Of a DNA stretch of 64,000 bases, positions 20,150 to 30,266 are shown one piece after another. The translations under genes and the position numbers were made by a program. The notes under the pieces are model-generated. The model saw only the letters and a list, made by a program, of their open reading frames with translations, did no database searches and had not been told where the DNA came from. The stretch's first letter is position 1, and each line of letters begins with the position of its first letter. This stretch comes from Bacillota bacterium (lineage in GTDB: Bacteria > Bacillota > Clostridia > Acetivibrionales > DSM-2933), in assembly GCA_023454275.1 (NCBI GenBank), contig JAEYGM010000048.1, positions 179,283 to 243,282 of the forward strand. Direction: 5' to 3'.

Positions 20150-20971
20150 TTAGGGGACTATTTTCTTTCTCAGTTCATCAGCGGGATCTGCAGGGAGCGG
20201 GATGTCTGCCTTGGGAGTGTTCACGTCAGGCTGCGGCAATCCTGGAAGTGAATTGCTCCCTCCGGGATTATTTATATCCACGTTTGGATTTAAGTTGTCC
20301 ATTCTGTTCCTTTCATTTTGTTTTTGCAGATTATCAAGCATTTTTGCCTCTATTCGCTCGGCATTTATAAATTCTGCAACTTCTTTTTCTGCTGCTTTTT
20401 CAGCTTTGATTTTATTGTATGAATTTATGTCGGTTATGTATTCGTTGAGATCGATGTCCAGCTGGAGTGCGGTAAGGTATTCGTCGAAAACATTTTCTAT
20501 GCTTTTAAAGTCCTTTTTAAGTTTTACCATAAGATAAACCGCTTTATCCTTATCGAGCTTGGAGCGGAGCTCCTCATATTTGCCGGTATCGCCGCTGCCA
20601 TCCGGTGAGCCTGTCTGAGCCTGGGATCCTTGATTTTCCGAGAATGTCCCAATTTCGTTGAGCTCAAAATTAACTCTTTCTACATACCTTTCACAAGAGT
20701 CTATATCTTCTTTAGGATAACCTTCTGATTCAAGCTTTTCAACCATATCTTTCCAGCCGGCCTGGGGAGAGGGCTTATCTTTGGCGGCGCCTGGGGCGGC
20801 AGAGCCATTCGACGGAACGATTTTATCCGGGGAGTAAGCTTCCCTGCCGGTATGCTTTCCGTTTAAAAATAAAACAAAAACCGATAGTGCGGTCACTGCA
20901 ATTATCAGAGATATAATCAATATGATGTTTTTGCCCGCAGTATTTCTGTGTGTCTTTTTAATTTTCGACAT
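20150..20971 (-). CDS. membrane-anchored hypothetical protein (single N-terminal TM, Pro-rich termini)
   Basis: 273 aa ORF with hydrophobic segment IILIISLIIAVTALSVFVLF; no catalytic motifs. Confidence 0.55.
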   Translation of the reverse strand: MSKIKKTHRNTAGKNIILIISLIIAVTALSVFVLFLNGKHTGREAYSPDKIVPSNGSAAPGAAKDKPSPQAGWKDMVEKLESEGYPKEDIDSCERYVERVNFELNEIGTFSENQGSQAQTGSPDGSGDTGKYEELRSKLDKDKAVYLMVKLKKDFKSIENVFDEYLTALQLDIDLNEYITDINSYNKIKAEKAAEKEVAEFINAERIEAKMLDNLQKQNERNRMDNLNPNVDINNPGGSNSLPGLPQPDVNTPKADIPLPADPADELRKKIVP

Positions 20972-21228
20972 AAAAAGTACCCCGATTAATTTTATAGATT
21001 TACAGTTATAATTATAACTATAAAAATTATTTTGTAAAGAAAAGGCAAAAAAAGGAGCCGGTCAGGCTGCCTTGATTATTTCAAATCTATATGTTAATAT
21101 TGGTATAAAGTAATGGGAGATTATGGCGGAAAGGATTGGAGGACCGGTGAAGGGTAGTATTTACCATTTCATACGGTAATATAATGTGCTGAAATAAATC
21201 GCCGGAGTGCGCATGGAGGGCTGAACGG

Positions 21229-22116
21229 ATGAAGATGAACATTCTTTCGGTTGACGCAATGAATATAACAAAGATAGAACTCTCAAGCCTTTTAAAGGAT
21301 TACGATGTAAATATCATAGGCGTGACAAACGAACTTGAGGCGCTAAATGTACTGCATGACGGAAAAGTAGATATTAGTGCGATAGTTTGGACTGTAAATT
21401 TTGTGGATGAATTAGCCTTTTCTGCTATAAAAGGTATGAAGAGAAGGGGAAAGTACAAGCATATACCTATTGTCGTTGTTTCAAAATTTACTGATAAAAG
21501 CCATATCATAAGGGCGATAGAGGCAGGTGCGTCCGAATATATCGTTAAACCTTATGGTGAAACCGTACTGCTTAATAAAATGCTTAAGACATTAAATTTG
21601 CCTTTCAGGAGAGATGAGGAGAGTAAAACAGAGGATATTGACATATCGCTGTACAGTTTTCCTGAAATGTATAATAAGGAATTTAAGGCGGCAAGTCGTG
21701 GTGGATATGCTCTTTCCATATTGCTGGCATCGGTTATGCCGGATCCGGGTATGAATGACAGGGAGAAAAAAGATCTGGATGGATTTGTTGAAACTGTTAA
21801 AAAGGTCATAAAAACGAGGATGAGGGAGACTGACGTATCTTTTAAGCTTGGCAGCAATGTAATAATATTACTGCCATTTACGGATAAAAAGGGAGCGAAT
21901 GTATTCGGAGAAAAGCTAAAAAAGGTTTTTAACAGTCATTCGTCGATAAAACAGCAAAAAGAAGGATACAGCTTTCTGACTATAAGCGTATCCTTCCCCG
22001 AAGACGGAAGAATAAAGGAAAAACTGCTTGAAAAACTTGAACAGGATTTCAACAATTATATGATACAAAATAATATAGACAATAAGATATATCTCAGGCA
22101 ATTAAACAAATACTGA
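21229..22116 (+). CDS. atypical receiver (REC) domain protein with a degenerate GGDEF-like C-terminal domain
   Basis: REC-like N-terminus with conserved Ser/Thr and Lys (VVVS…IVKP) but poor acidic pocket; C-terminal region resembles GGDEF with GGDEF replaced by GSNVI. Confidence 0.6.
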   Translation: MKMNILSVDAMNITKIELSSLLKDYDVNIIGVTNELEALNVLHDGKVDISAIVWTVNFVDELAFSAIKGMKRRGKYKHIPIVVVSKFTDKSHIIRAIEAGASEYIVKPYGETVLLNKMLKTLNLPFRRDEESKTEDIDISLYSFPEMYNKEFKAASRGGYALSILLASVMPDPGMNDREKKDLDGFVETVKKVIKTRMRETDVSFKLGSNVIILLPFTDKKGANVFGEKLKKVFNSHSSIKQQKEGYSFLTISVSFPEDGRIKEKLLEKLEQDFNNYMIQNNIDNKIYLRQLNKY

Positions 22117-22135
22117 CATTTAATTGCCCGAGATA

Positions 22136-22780
22136 TTAATATTTTGTATATTTCCCTATTAGCCTTCCTACTATTGCAAATTCATCCTTTTTGAATATTT
22201 CTTTACCCAGTAAATTGCTGTCGGCTTCTAATTTAAAGGTATCAGGTTCATTGCACGTGTAAAATTTTCTTAAAAGGATGGAGTTCTCGTACAAGATAAT
22301 GACAATATCACCGTCTTGTAAGTCGGCGTTTCTTGATACCACCAGTAAATCATCGTATTTTATACCGCTCTCGTTAAGGCTGTTATCAGGACAATTTATC
22401 ATAAAGCAGTCTCCGTCCTGTGGGATGAGATCAGGAGGCAGCGGTTGATACTTGTTGATATTGTAAATACTGAACAGGTCATTTATATTTCGTCTACTTA
22501 TTTTTTTTACTTCAGGTATAAAAGCAGGGTTTGCATACTGCGAATTTTCAGAAACCAGTTTAATAGAACGCGCCATACCGATTTCTCTCTTAATTACGCC
22601 CTTTTGCTGAAGGCGGTTTAGAATTCCCTGGACCGCGCCGGGAGTTTTTTCACCTACCATTTCTCCTATTTCTCTAACTGTAGGAGGAATGCCGTTTTCT
22701 TTTATGAATGTTTCAATTGCGGAATAAATCTTTTTTTGCTTTGATGTTAGTGAATTAAAATCAGAAGGCACTTTGATCAC
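22136..22780 (-). CDS. LexA-like repressor (wHTH + S24 peptidase-like domain), divergent
   Basis: N-terminal PPTVREIGEMVGEKTPGAVQGILNRLQQKGVI LexA DNA-binding signature; C-terminal S24-like fold; no Ala-Gly cleavage dipeptide evident. Confidence 0.7.
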   Translation of the reverse strand: MIKVPSDFNSLTSKQKKIYSAIETFIKENGIPPTVREIGEMVGEKTPGAVQGILNRLQQKGVIKREIGMARSIKLVSENSQYANPAFIPEVKKISRRNINDLFSIYNINKYQPLPPDLIPQDGDCFMINCPDNSLNESGIKYDDLLVVSRNADLQDGDIVIILYENSILLRKFYTCNEPDTFKLEADSNLLGKEIFKKDEFAIVGRLIGKYTKY

Positions 22781-23038
22781 CCTTTATTATAAATTTTTAT
22801 TAGGTAACTTAATAAGTTTAAAATAAATTATCAAGCACAAGTTTAGCAGACTTTTGCGAAAAGTTCAAATTATATAATAACAATTATGTAAATTAGATAC
22901 ATTGTATATATTAACATAATATTAAAAAAAATTTAAACGTTGCATAAATTTCACTATCATTTAAAAATTCAATAATAGTGCGTATTAATTTTATTTGCCC
23001 TGGACATATTAGTTTTAAACGGTTTTTTCGGAGGAGTT

Positions 23039-24190
23039 GTGTTTAAGCTTTTAAAAGGTGGACATTGCTATACTCCCATAGATATAGGAATTAAGGATAT
23101 TCTTATCGCTTGCGGTAAAATATTGAAAATAGAAGAAAATATTTACCAAGACGTATTATGGGATTTAGAAGTAATAAATTGCCGGAATAAAGTCGTATGC
23201 CCTGGATTTATTGACCAGCATGTGCATATCTTGGGAGGGGGAGGAGAAGATGGACCCGCAAGCAGAATACCGGAAATAACTCTCAGCGATTTGACGACAG
23301 CGGGTGTAACTACGGTTGTAGGCGTCCTTGGAGTGGACGGCCTGACAAGGAGTACTGGCGAGCTTCTCACCAAAGCCCGGGCGCTCCAGGCAGAAGGTGT
23401 AAGCACCTTTATCTATACAGGGAATTATAGTATTCCCACTGCAACTTTGACTGGGAGCGTTATGAAGGATATAGGGTTCATTGACAAGATTATCGGAGTG
23501 GGAGAGATAGCTATTTCAGACCACCGGTCAAGCCATCCTACCGTTCAGATGCTTAAAAGCATTGCAGCAGAAGCAAGAGTCGGAGGCTTAATAGGGGGGA
23601 AAGCCGGTATAGTGCACATACACGTGGGCGATGGGAAAGGAGGTTTAAAGCCGCTGTTTAATCTTATAGATGAATCGGATTTTCCTCTGGAGATGTTTGT
23701 GCCTACTCACATTAACAGGAATAAGGTTCTTTTCGGACAAGGTCTGGAATTTGCTGAAAGAGGCGGATACATAGATATTACGGCGGGCGAAAAAAGCGGA
23801 AAGGGTTATAGCGTGCCGGAGGCGCTAGATATTCTTTTTACAAACGGCGCCGATATGGAAAAAATCACAGTGTCTTCGGACGGAAACGGAAGTATCCCCG
23901 CAGGCGAAAACGGAAGTATCGGAATCGGTAAAGTGTCACAGCTTTATGAAGACATAAAAAACTGCATTTTAGACGGAAAAATCGGTACTGAGGTTGTGTT
24001 AAAAACTGTTTCAAGCAATGTTGCTAAGGTATTGAAAATTTTTCCCCGGAAGGGAGCTCTTTTTAACGGGAGCGACGCGGATATTCTGGTCTTAGGCCGG
24101 GACGATTTGAGCATAGACAAGCTTTTAATAGACGGCGAAATTTATATTGACAGCGGGAATATAGTAAAAAAAGGAAGGTATGAGAAATAA
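23039..24190 (+). CDS. iadA: isoaspartyl dipeptidase (beta-aspartyl peptidase, amidohydrolase superfamily)
   Basis: PGFIDQHVHILGGGGEDGP metal-binding motif; 383 aa; adjacent to cphB/cphA. Confidence 0.85.
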   Translation: MFKLLKGGHCYTPIDIGIKDILIACGKILKIEENIYQDVLWDLEVINCRNKVVCPGFIDQHVHILGGGGEDGPASRIPEITLSDLTTAGVTTVVGVLGVDGLTRSTGELLTKARALQAEGVSTFIYTGNYSIPTATLTGSVMKDIGFIDKIIGVGEIAISDHRSSHPTVQMLKSIAAEARVGGLIGGKAGIVHIHVGDGKGGLKPLFNLIDESDFPLEMFVPTHINRNKVLFGQGLEFAERGGYIDITAGEKSGKGYSVPEALDILFTNGADMEKITVSSDGNGSIPAGENGSIGIGKVSQLYEDIKNCILDGKIGTEVVLKTVSSNVAKVLKIFPRKGALFNGSDADILVLGRDDLSIDKLLIDGEIYIDSGNIVKKGRYEK

Positions 24191-24192
24191 CA

Positions 24193-24345
24193 ATGAAAGG
24201 CTTTTTTTCTTGGGTGTTTGGGGGATTAGACTATCTGTTGAATCTGGTAAGCGGCATTATTATCTTCAAACTTTTCTTTATGGTCATTTTGGTTTTTGTT
24301 TTGTTAACTTTCAGATTTTTCGGCAAGATGGTCAAAAAACTATGA
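24193..24345 (+). CDS. possible 50-aa hydrophobic small membrane protein
   Basis: unlisted ORF MKGFFSWVFGGLDYLLNLVSGIIIFKLFFMVILVFVLLTFRFFGKMVKKL starting 2 nt after the iadA stop. Confidence 0.25.
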   Translation: MKGFFSWVFGGLDYLLNLVSGIIIFKLFFMVILVFVLLTFRFFGKMVKKL

Positions 24346-24388
24346 ATATGAAAAAAATTATGGATAATAATAAGTATGGGTGATAAAT

Positions 24389-24661
24389 ATGGGCGAAGTT
24401 AATAATGAAGGTACCGATAAGGTAGTCATAGCAAAAAAAAGCGGTATTTACATTGCAATAGGATTTATTTCTGCAGTATTATCCTTGTTTGTATACCCTT
24501 TTATATTTGGTGTGTTTGGAGTTATAATGGGTATTATTGCTAATAAAAATGGCAGTAAGGCCGGTATTTCGGTTATAATAGCCAATATTCTCCTGATGGG
24601 TATAGGATTGATTTTTAGTGGAGTAATTTTGAATTACACAAGACATTTTTTGGGAATTTAA
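24389..24661 (+). CDS. small membrane protein (2 TM, DUF4190-like)
   Basis: hydrophobic helices; followed by a strong intrinsic terminator. Confidence 0.5.
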   Translation: MGEVNNEGTDKVVIAKKSGIYIAIGFISAVLSLFVYPFIFGVFGVIMGIIANKNGSKAGISVIIANILLMGIGLIFSGVILNYTRHFLGI

Positions 24662-24666
24662 GAAAA

Positions 24667-24710
24667 AGACAAAAGGGGGACAGTTTACTGTCCCCCTTTT
24701 GTCTTTTTTT
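24667..24710 (+). terminator. rho-independent terminator (17-bp stem AGACAAAAGGGGGACAG/CTGTCCCCCTTTTGTCT, T7 tail)
   Basis: perfect hairpin plus poly-T seen directly. Confidence 0.8.
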
Positions 24711-24795
24711 AAATTATTTCCTGAATAAGAAAGTAGGGGGGGGAAAAAATAAATTTTGCATAAACGGTACTTCAAATAATAGCGGAGGGTCGGCA

Positions 24796-25605
24796 ATGAG
24801 CGAGAAGGTTAAAGGCAATCTGATAATAATTGGGGGCGCGGAGGATAAAAAGGGAGACAGCAGGATTCTAAAGTCTCTTGTGGATATTGTCGGAGGGAAT
24901 GAAGCACATCTTATAATTTTAACAACGGCAACTAAGAGACCCAATCAGGTTGGAAATGAGTACAGAAGTGTTTTCGAAAGACTTGGCGTAAGTAATATAG
25001 ATGTATTGAATATAAATACCAGGGAAGACGCAAATAATGATGATAATGCCGAGAGAATAAGAAACTCGACGGGGATATTTTTCACAGGAGGAGATCAGCT
25101 CAGAATCACAAGTATTCTTGGAGGCACTAAGGTATACGCGGCTCTTATTGATGCATATTTAAGAGGTGTTGCGGTAGCAGGGACAAGTGCCGGAGCTTCG
25201 GCTATGAGCAACACAATGATCGTAGACGGAAACAGCAATGATGCTGCAAGGAAATGCACTTTAAAAATGGCATCCGGCTTAAGCCTGCTCGAAGAAGCGA
25301 TAGTAGATCAGCATTTTGACCAGAGAGGAAGGCTTGGAAGATTATTGTGCGGGGTAGCGGAGAATCCTTACATGCTGGGAATAGGCATAGATGAGGACAC
25401 TGCCGTAAGAGTGTTCCCGGATGCGCATTTTGAAGTAATAGGGACAAATGCCGTTACCATAGTGGACGGTAAAACTATAAAGAACTCAAATGTTTCCGAG
25501 CTTAAACCGGATGAAATACTGTCCATAACAAATGTAACTCTTCATGTACTACCTGAAGGCTACGGCTTTGATATGAAGAATAGGGAGGTATTGCGTCTTC
25601 ATTAA
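24796..25605 (+). CDS. cphB: cyanophycinase (S51 peptidase)
   Basis: LIIIGGAEDKKGD N-terminus, GTSAGASAM catalytic Ser motif; 269 aa. Confidence 0.88.
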   Translation: MSEKVKGNLIIIGGAEDKKGDSRILKSLVDIVGGNEAHLIILTTATKRPNQVGNEYRSVFERLGVSNIDVLNINTREDANNDDNAERIRNSTGIFFTGGDQLRITSILGGTKVYAALIDAYLRGVAVAGTSAGASAMSNTMIVDGNSNDAARKCTLKMASGLSLLEEAIVDQHFDQRGRLGRLLCGVAENPYMLGIGIDEDTAVRVFPDAHFEVIGTNAVTIVDGKTIKNSNVSELKPDEILSITNVTLHVLPEGYGFDMKNREVLRLH

Positions 25606-25634
25606 ATCGTTCAGATTTTTGGGAGGATTGAAAA

Positions 25635-28280
25635 GTGCAAATATATAGTATACGCAGTTTTGCGGGGAAAAATATATACAGTTACAGACCGATTATAAGA
25701 ATAGATGTAAACATAGGAAATCTATATACAAAACCTACGAAAGATATTAAAAATTTTAATCAGTCACTTTTGAGTTTATTTCCAGGACTCTATAAGCATT
25801 ACTGTTCCCTCGGGTATGAGGGAGGTTTTGTTGAGCGGCTGAAAGAGGGCACTTATATAGGACATGTTACCGAGCATCTTATACTTGAACTGCAAAATCA
25901 GTTAGGCTATGATGTTTCTTACGGTAAAACCCGCATAGTAAAAGAGCCTTTTATATATTATATTGCCTATGAATATAAAAATGAAAAGTTTGGCATAGAA
26001 TGCGGAAAGGCAGCTATAGAAATAATTACAGGCATTTTAAGAAATGAAAATATAAATTTGGCCGGTATTCTGGAGGACTTAAGAAAAGTAGCAATAGAAT
26101 CTGAACTTGGGCCCAGTACAAGAGCCATATATGATGAAGCCCAAAGAAGAGGCATACCGGTTGAAAGGATAGGAAATGAGAGCCTTTTGCGGCTTGGATA
26201 CGGCAAGTATTCAAGACTTATCGAAGCGTCGCTGACCGATTCAGCAAGCTGTATCTCAGTGGATATAGCGGGGAACAAGTACCTGACGAAGCAGCTGCTT
26301 ATGAATAACAGCATACCGGTTCCGTATGGAGATATCGCATATACTGAAGATACGGCGGTAAAGCTTGCGGAAGATGTGGGCTATCCTGTTGCTGTAAAGC
26401 CTTATAACGGAAATCAGGGCAGAGGCGTAACACTGAATGTCTGCAATAAAGATCAGGCCAGGGTGGCTTTTAAAGAGTCGATGAAATTCAGCAAGGCCGC
26501 GATTGTGGAAAAATTTATAGAGGGAAAGGATTACCGGGTTTTAATAGTTGGAGATAAGCTGTCGGCAGTATCTGAGAGAAAGCCTCCATATGTGACGGGA
26601 GATGGGATTAATACGATACAGAAGCTTGTGGAAATTGAAAATTCTGATCCTCTCCGTGGAGATGATCATGAAAAGCCATTGACAAGAATTAAAATAGATG
26701 CTGCCGCAGCCAGGCTGCTGGCACAAAAAGGCCTTGATGAGAGCTCCGTACCGGCAGCCGGCGAAACTGTTTATTTAAGAGATAATGCCAACTTAAGCAC
26801 AGGCGGAACAGCCAGGGACTGCACAGAAGAAATACATCCTTATAACATCGGCATATTTATAAGGGCAGCTCAGATATTGGGTCTTGACATAGCAGGAATT
26901 GATGTGACAATGAAGGACATATCGATTCCCTTGAAGCATTCGGAAGGTGCGATTATTGAGGTTAACGCGGCACCCGGACTCAGGATGCATTTGTATCCCA
27001 GTAAGGGTTCATGTGTAAATGTCGCAAAGGATATAGTCGATATGATGTTCCCTGAGAATAAGCCATTTACAATACCGATTGTGTCGATAACAGGGACAAA
27101 TGGCAAAACGACGACGACCAGGCTTGTAGGACATACGCTGGCGCTTATGGGTAAAAAAGTCGGAATGACGACTACGACAGGTATTTATACAGGCGACGAA
27201 TGCTTGCTGAAGGGGGATAATACCGGCCCCGTAAGTGCGAAAATGGTGCTTTCAAACAGAGAGGTTGAGGTTGCGGTGCTGGAGACTGCCCGGGGCGGAA
27301 TTATAAGGCGGGGATTGGGTTATGAGCTTGCAGATGTGGGTGTTATAATAAATTTAAGCGAGGATCATCTTGGAATGGATGGGATTGATACATTGAAAGA
27401 TCTGGCTTTTGTTAAATCCCTGGTGACGGAGGCAGTAAAACCCGGCGGATACGCAGTATTAAATGCGGACGACCAAATGGTGGAGTTCTTTATAAAAAGG
27501 GCGGAAGGCAGTATAATACTGTTTTCAAGAAGCGGTGATAACTCTCTGCTTTTAAAGCATATAGGAGCAGGGGGAAAGGCTGTCTACGTGAATGAAGGAG
27601 CTATATATATACATGATAAAAGGGGCAGGCGTTTAATCCGGTTGGAGGATATACCTATCACTTTCGGCGGAGTAATCGGCTGCAATATTGAAAATTCTCT
27701 TGCAGCCGCGTCAACTTTATACGCATTGGGAATACCTGCGGAAATTATTGAAATGGGACTTAAATCCTTTAAGCCTGATTCTGTCTTGAATCCGGGTAGG
27801 TTTAACATATTTGATATCGGAGGCTTCAAGGTAATGCTGGACTATGGACACAATCCTGCCGGTTATAAAGCCGTAGCCGATTTTATTAAAACAATCGGCG
27901 CCAAAAGACATGTTGGGGTTATAGGCGTGCCCGGGGACAGGCTGGATTCGAATATCAGGAAAATTGCAGATATCTGCAGTGCGGTGTTTTCGAAGATATA
28001 TATAAAGGAAGATGACGACTTAAGGGGAAGAAAACAGGGAGAGGTGGCTGATATACTCTTTAATAGCCTGCTGGAGAATGGCGTCCGCAGAGAAAACATT
28101 GAAATTGTCCTGCCGGAAATAAAAGCTTTTGAGACTGCCATGCTTGATGCGCAGCCGGGGGATTTGATTGTACTGTTTTATCAAAAATACGACGAGGCAC
28201 TGGAATTGATTAATAAATTTAAAAAAGAACTGGATAAGGATGTTCTGGATTCGGATATATTAAAGGAGACTATAGGGTAA
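25635..28280 (+). CDS. cphA: cyanophycin synthetase (ATP-grasp + Mur-ligase domains)
   Basis: 881 aa; ATP-grasp segment (DYRVLIVGDKLSAV…) and Mur ligase P-loop ITGTNGKTTT. Confidence 0.9.
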   Translation: MQIYSIRSFAGKNIYSYRPIIRIDVNIGNLYTKPTKDIKNFNQSLLSLFPGLYKHYCSLGYEGGFVERLKEGTYIGHVTEHLILELQNQLGYDVSYGKTRIVKEPFIYYIAYEYKNEKFGIECGKAAIEIITGILRNENINLAGILEDLRKVAIESELGPSTRAIYDEAQRRGIPVERIGNESLLRLGYGKYSRLIEASLTDSASCISVDIAGNKYLTKQLLMNNSIPVPYGDIAYTEDTAVKLAEDVGYPVAVKPYNGNQGRGVTLNVCNKDQARVAFKESMKFSKAAIVEKFIEGKDYRVLIVGDKLSAVSERKPPYVTGDGINTIQKLVEIENSDPLRGDDHEKPLTRIKIDAAAARLLAQKGLDESSVPAAGETVYLRDNANLSTGGTARDCTEEIHPYNIGIFIRAAQILGLDIAGIDVTMKDISIPLKHSEGAIIEVNAAPGLRMHLYPSKGSCVNVAKDIVDMMFPENKPFTIPIVSITGTNGKTTTTRLVGHTLALMGKKVGMTTTTGIYTGDECLLKGDNTGPVSAKMVLSNREVEVAVLETARGGIIRRGLGYELADVGVIINLSEDHLGMDGIDTLKDLAFVKSLVTEAVKPGGYAVLNADDQMVEFFIKRAEGSIILFSRSGDNSLLLKHIGAGGKAVYVNEGAIYIHDKRGRRLIRLEDIPITFGGVIGCNIENSLAAASTLYALGIPAEIIEMGLKSFKPDSVLNPGRFNIFDIGGFKVMLDYGHNPAGYKAVADFIKTIGAKRHVGVIGVPGDRLDSNIRKIADICSAVFSKIYIKEDDDLRGRKQGEVADILFNSLLENGVRRENIEIVLPEIKAFETAMLDAQPGDLIVLFYQKYDEALELINKFKKELDKDVLDSDILKETIG

Positions 28281-28432
28281 GGTGCTTATTCCGGATGCTT
28301 TATCCTGCTGACAAAAGTGAAGTAAAAGGCGTCCGGAAACCTGTGCTTTTATTAAACCTTTGAACTTATTGTACAATTGCAGTATAATGAATTTATATTT
28401 TTGGGGAATCTGTTAAAGCGAGGTTGAATTTA

Positions 28433-28996
28433 ATGGTAGACAAAGAACGCGTTAGAGCTGCTGTAAGAGAATTACTCTGGGCCATAGGAGACAATCCGGA
28501 CAGGGATGGCCTTAAAGAAACTCCGGATAGGGTTGCAAGGATGTATGAAGAAATATTTGCAGGCTTGCACAGGAACCCGAAGGATGAAGTAAAGGTTTTC
28601 CAGGAGGAAAACCATGAGGAAATGATTCTGGTAAAGGACATACCGACTTATTCGGTGTGCGAACACCACCTGCTTCCTTTTGTAGGAGTTGCGCATGTCG
28701 TTTATATACCGAGAAAAGGTAAGATAATGGGACTGAGCAAGCTTGCGAGAATAGTTGATACGATTGCAAAGAAGCCTCAGTTGCAGGAGCGATTGACCAG
28801 CGAGGTTGCAAATGTGTTGATGGATTGTATCGACCCGATAGGGGTAGCTGTAGTTGTTGAAGCGGAGCACCTGTGCATGACAATGAGGGGTATAAAGAAG
28901 CCCGGATCTAAAACAGTGACATCGGCTTTAAGAGGTATAATCAAAACTGATGCCAGAACCAGAGCCGAAGTAATGTCTTTAATAAACGGGAGATAA
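28433..28996 (+). CDS. folE: GTP cyclohydrolase I
   Basis: [10 protein letters not shown] and CEHHLLPF motifs; SD AAAGCGAGGT 8 nt upstream of ATG 28433. Confidence 0.9.
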   Translation: MVDKERVRAAVRELLWAIGDNPDRDGLKETPDRVARMYEEIFAGLHRNPKDEVKVFQEENHEEMILVKDIPTYSVCEHHLLPFVGVAHVVYIPRKGKIMGLSKLARIVDTIAKKPQLQERLTSEVANVLMDCIDPIGVAVVVEAEHLCMTMRGIKKPGSKTVTSALRGIIKTDARTRAEVMSLINGR

Positions 28997-29149
28997 TATT
29001 TTACTGCAATAATAAAACACTCAAATTAATTTGGGTGTTTTATTATATAAATTTATAATGTTTTAAAAAACTTATGCCGATATAAAAGATTAAGAGTCGC
29101 AGTTCAGCATTAAATACTATAAAAATATTATAATTTAAGGAGAGATTGT

Positions 29150-29554
29150 ATGGCACTGGAATGGAAGCAAAATCTGGCTACCGGGGTAGAAGAGATTGAC
29201 AACCAGCATAAGGAATTGTTCGGCAAGGTTAACAACCTTCTTGATGCGTGCAATCAACAAAAAGGAAAGGATGAGGTCGGCAAGGTTGTAAAATTTTTAG
29301 AGGATTATGTTATTACTCATTTCGGAGCCGAAGAGAAAATGATGAAAAAAACGGCTTATCCGGGCTATAGCCTTCATAAGCAGCAGCATGATCAGTTCAT
29401 TAAGGATTTTCTAATTTTAAAGGATAATTTCGAAAAGGAAGGTGCGACTACCCATTTTGTTATAAACGTCAATCATAAGGTTGTCGACTGGCTGATCAAG
29501 CATGTAGGCAATACGGATAAAGCTTTGGGAGCTTTTTTACTGGCGAAAAAATAG
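29150..29554 (+). CDS. hemerythrin-like metal-binding protein (bacteriohemerythrin)
   Basis: 134 aa; EEIDNQHKELF…HF..EE…H…QH HHE cation-binding pattern. Confidence 0.8.
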   Translation: MALEWKQNLATGVEEIDNQHKELFGKVNNLLDACNQQKGKDEVGKVVKFLEDYVITHFGAEEKMMKKTAYPGYSLHKQQHDQFIKDFLILKDNFEKEGATTHFVINVNHKVVDWLIKHVGNTDKALGAFLLAKK

Positions 29555-29687
29555 CAGGAGCGGGCGGAGCTGAAAAATTAAAGTATCATATTGACAATAT
29601 GGATCCGGAAGAATATTATTTAAATACAGCAGAGAGTTGCACTACATTATGCAGATGAGCTGTATATAAAATGCAGAGGATAGATTT

Positions 29688-30266
29688 ATGACGGAAAAGA
29701 TTAGCAAGGAATCATTGCTGGAGCTGGCCAGAGAAGTGATTAAAAGGGACGGACAGGTTAAGATAGCGTCTCTCAGTGATGAACTCACGATATCCCAGGT
29801 AGTAAAGTTCTTTGGAAAACAGGGAAGAAGCTTTACCAAGACAATGATACAGAATTATATAAGAGTAGGGGTATTGCCTCCACCGGTAGACAAGAGATAC
29901 TATACAAGGGATCATCTGGTTATGCTCACTATTATAGATAACCTTAAAGCCATTTATTCGCTGGAAGAAATTAAAACGGTTCTGGGGCCTGTTAGAAATG
30001 ATCCTAATATTTTTGAAGATGATATAATAAAAACCACTGATATATATAAAAATTATCTTACTATGAGAAAGGAGACTCTTGACAGATGGGAAGAGTCTTT
30101 GCCGGAGCTGTTTGACAGAGTTGACGGCTTGCTTTGCGAGGACAGTATAAATGACAGCGAAAGAGATACGGCGGTAGCCTTTATGATGGCGCTGACCGTT
30201 ATGACTGAGACTATTGTGCTAAAAGAATTGACAAATGAAATTATTAGCAAATATATTAAAAAATGA
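29688..30266 (+). CDS. DUF1836-like hypothetical protein
   Basis: 192 aa ORF with hairpin terminator downstream (about 30288-30330). Confidence 0.5.
   Translation: MTEKISKESLLELAREVIKRDGQVKIASLSDELTISQVVKFFGKQGRSFTKTMIQNYIRVGVLPPPVDKRYYTRDHLVMLTIIDNLKAIYSLEEIKTVLGPVRNDPNIFEDDIIKTTDIYKNYLTMRKETLDRWEESLPELFDRVDGLLCEDSINDSERDTAVAFMMALTVMTETIVLKELTNEIISKYIKK

Noticed and set aside
22536-22560. Apparent Ser-to-Cys replacement of the LexA catalytic nucleophile (GDCF instead of GDSM)
   Set aside because: By-eye alignment is ambiguous. An alternative register aligns a Ser in PDNSL to the nucleophile position. Kept only as a hedged note in the LexA finding.
22781-22900. Search for a Cheo/SOS box (GAAC-N4-GTTC) upstream of the LexA-like gene
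   Set aside because: Only a partial CGAAAAGTTC was found, not a canonical box. Not reported as a regulatory site.
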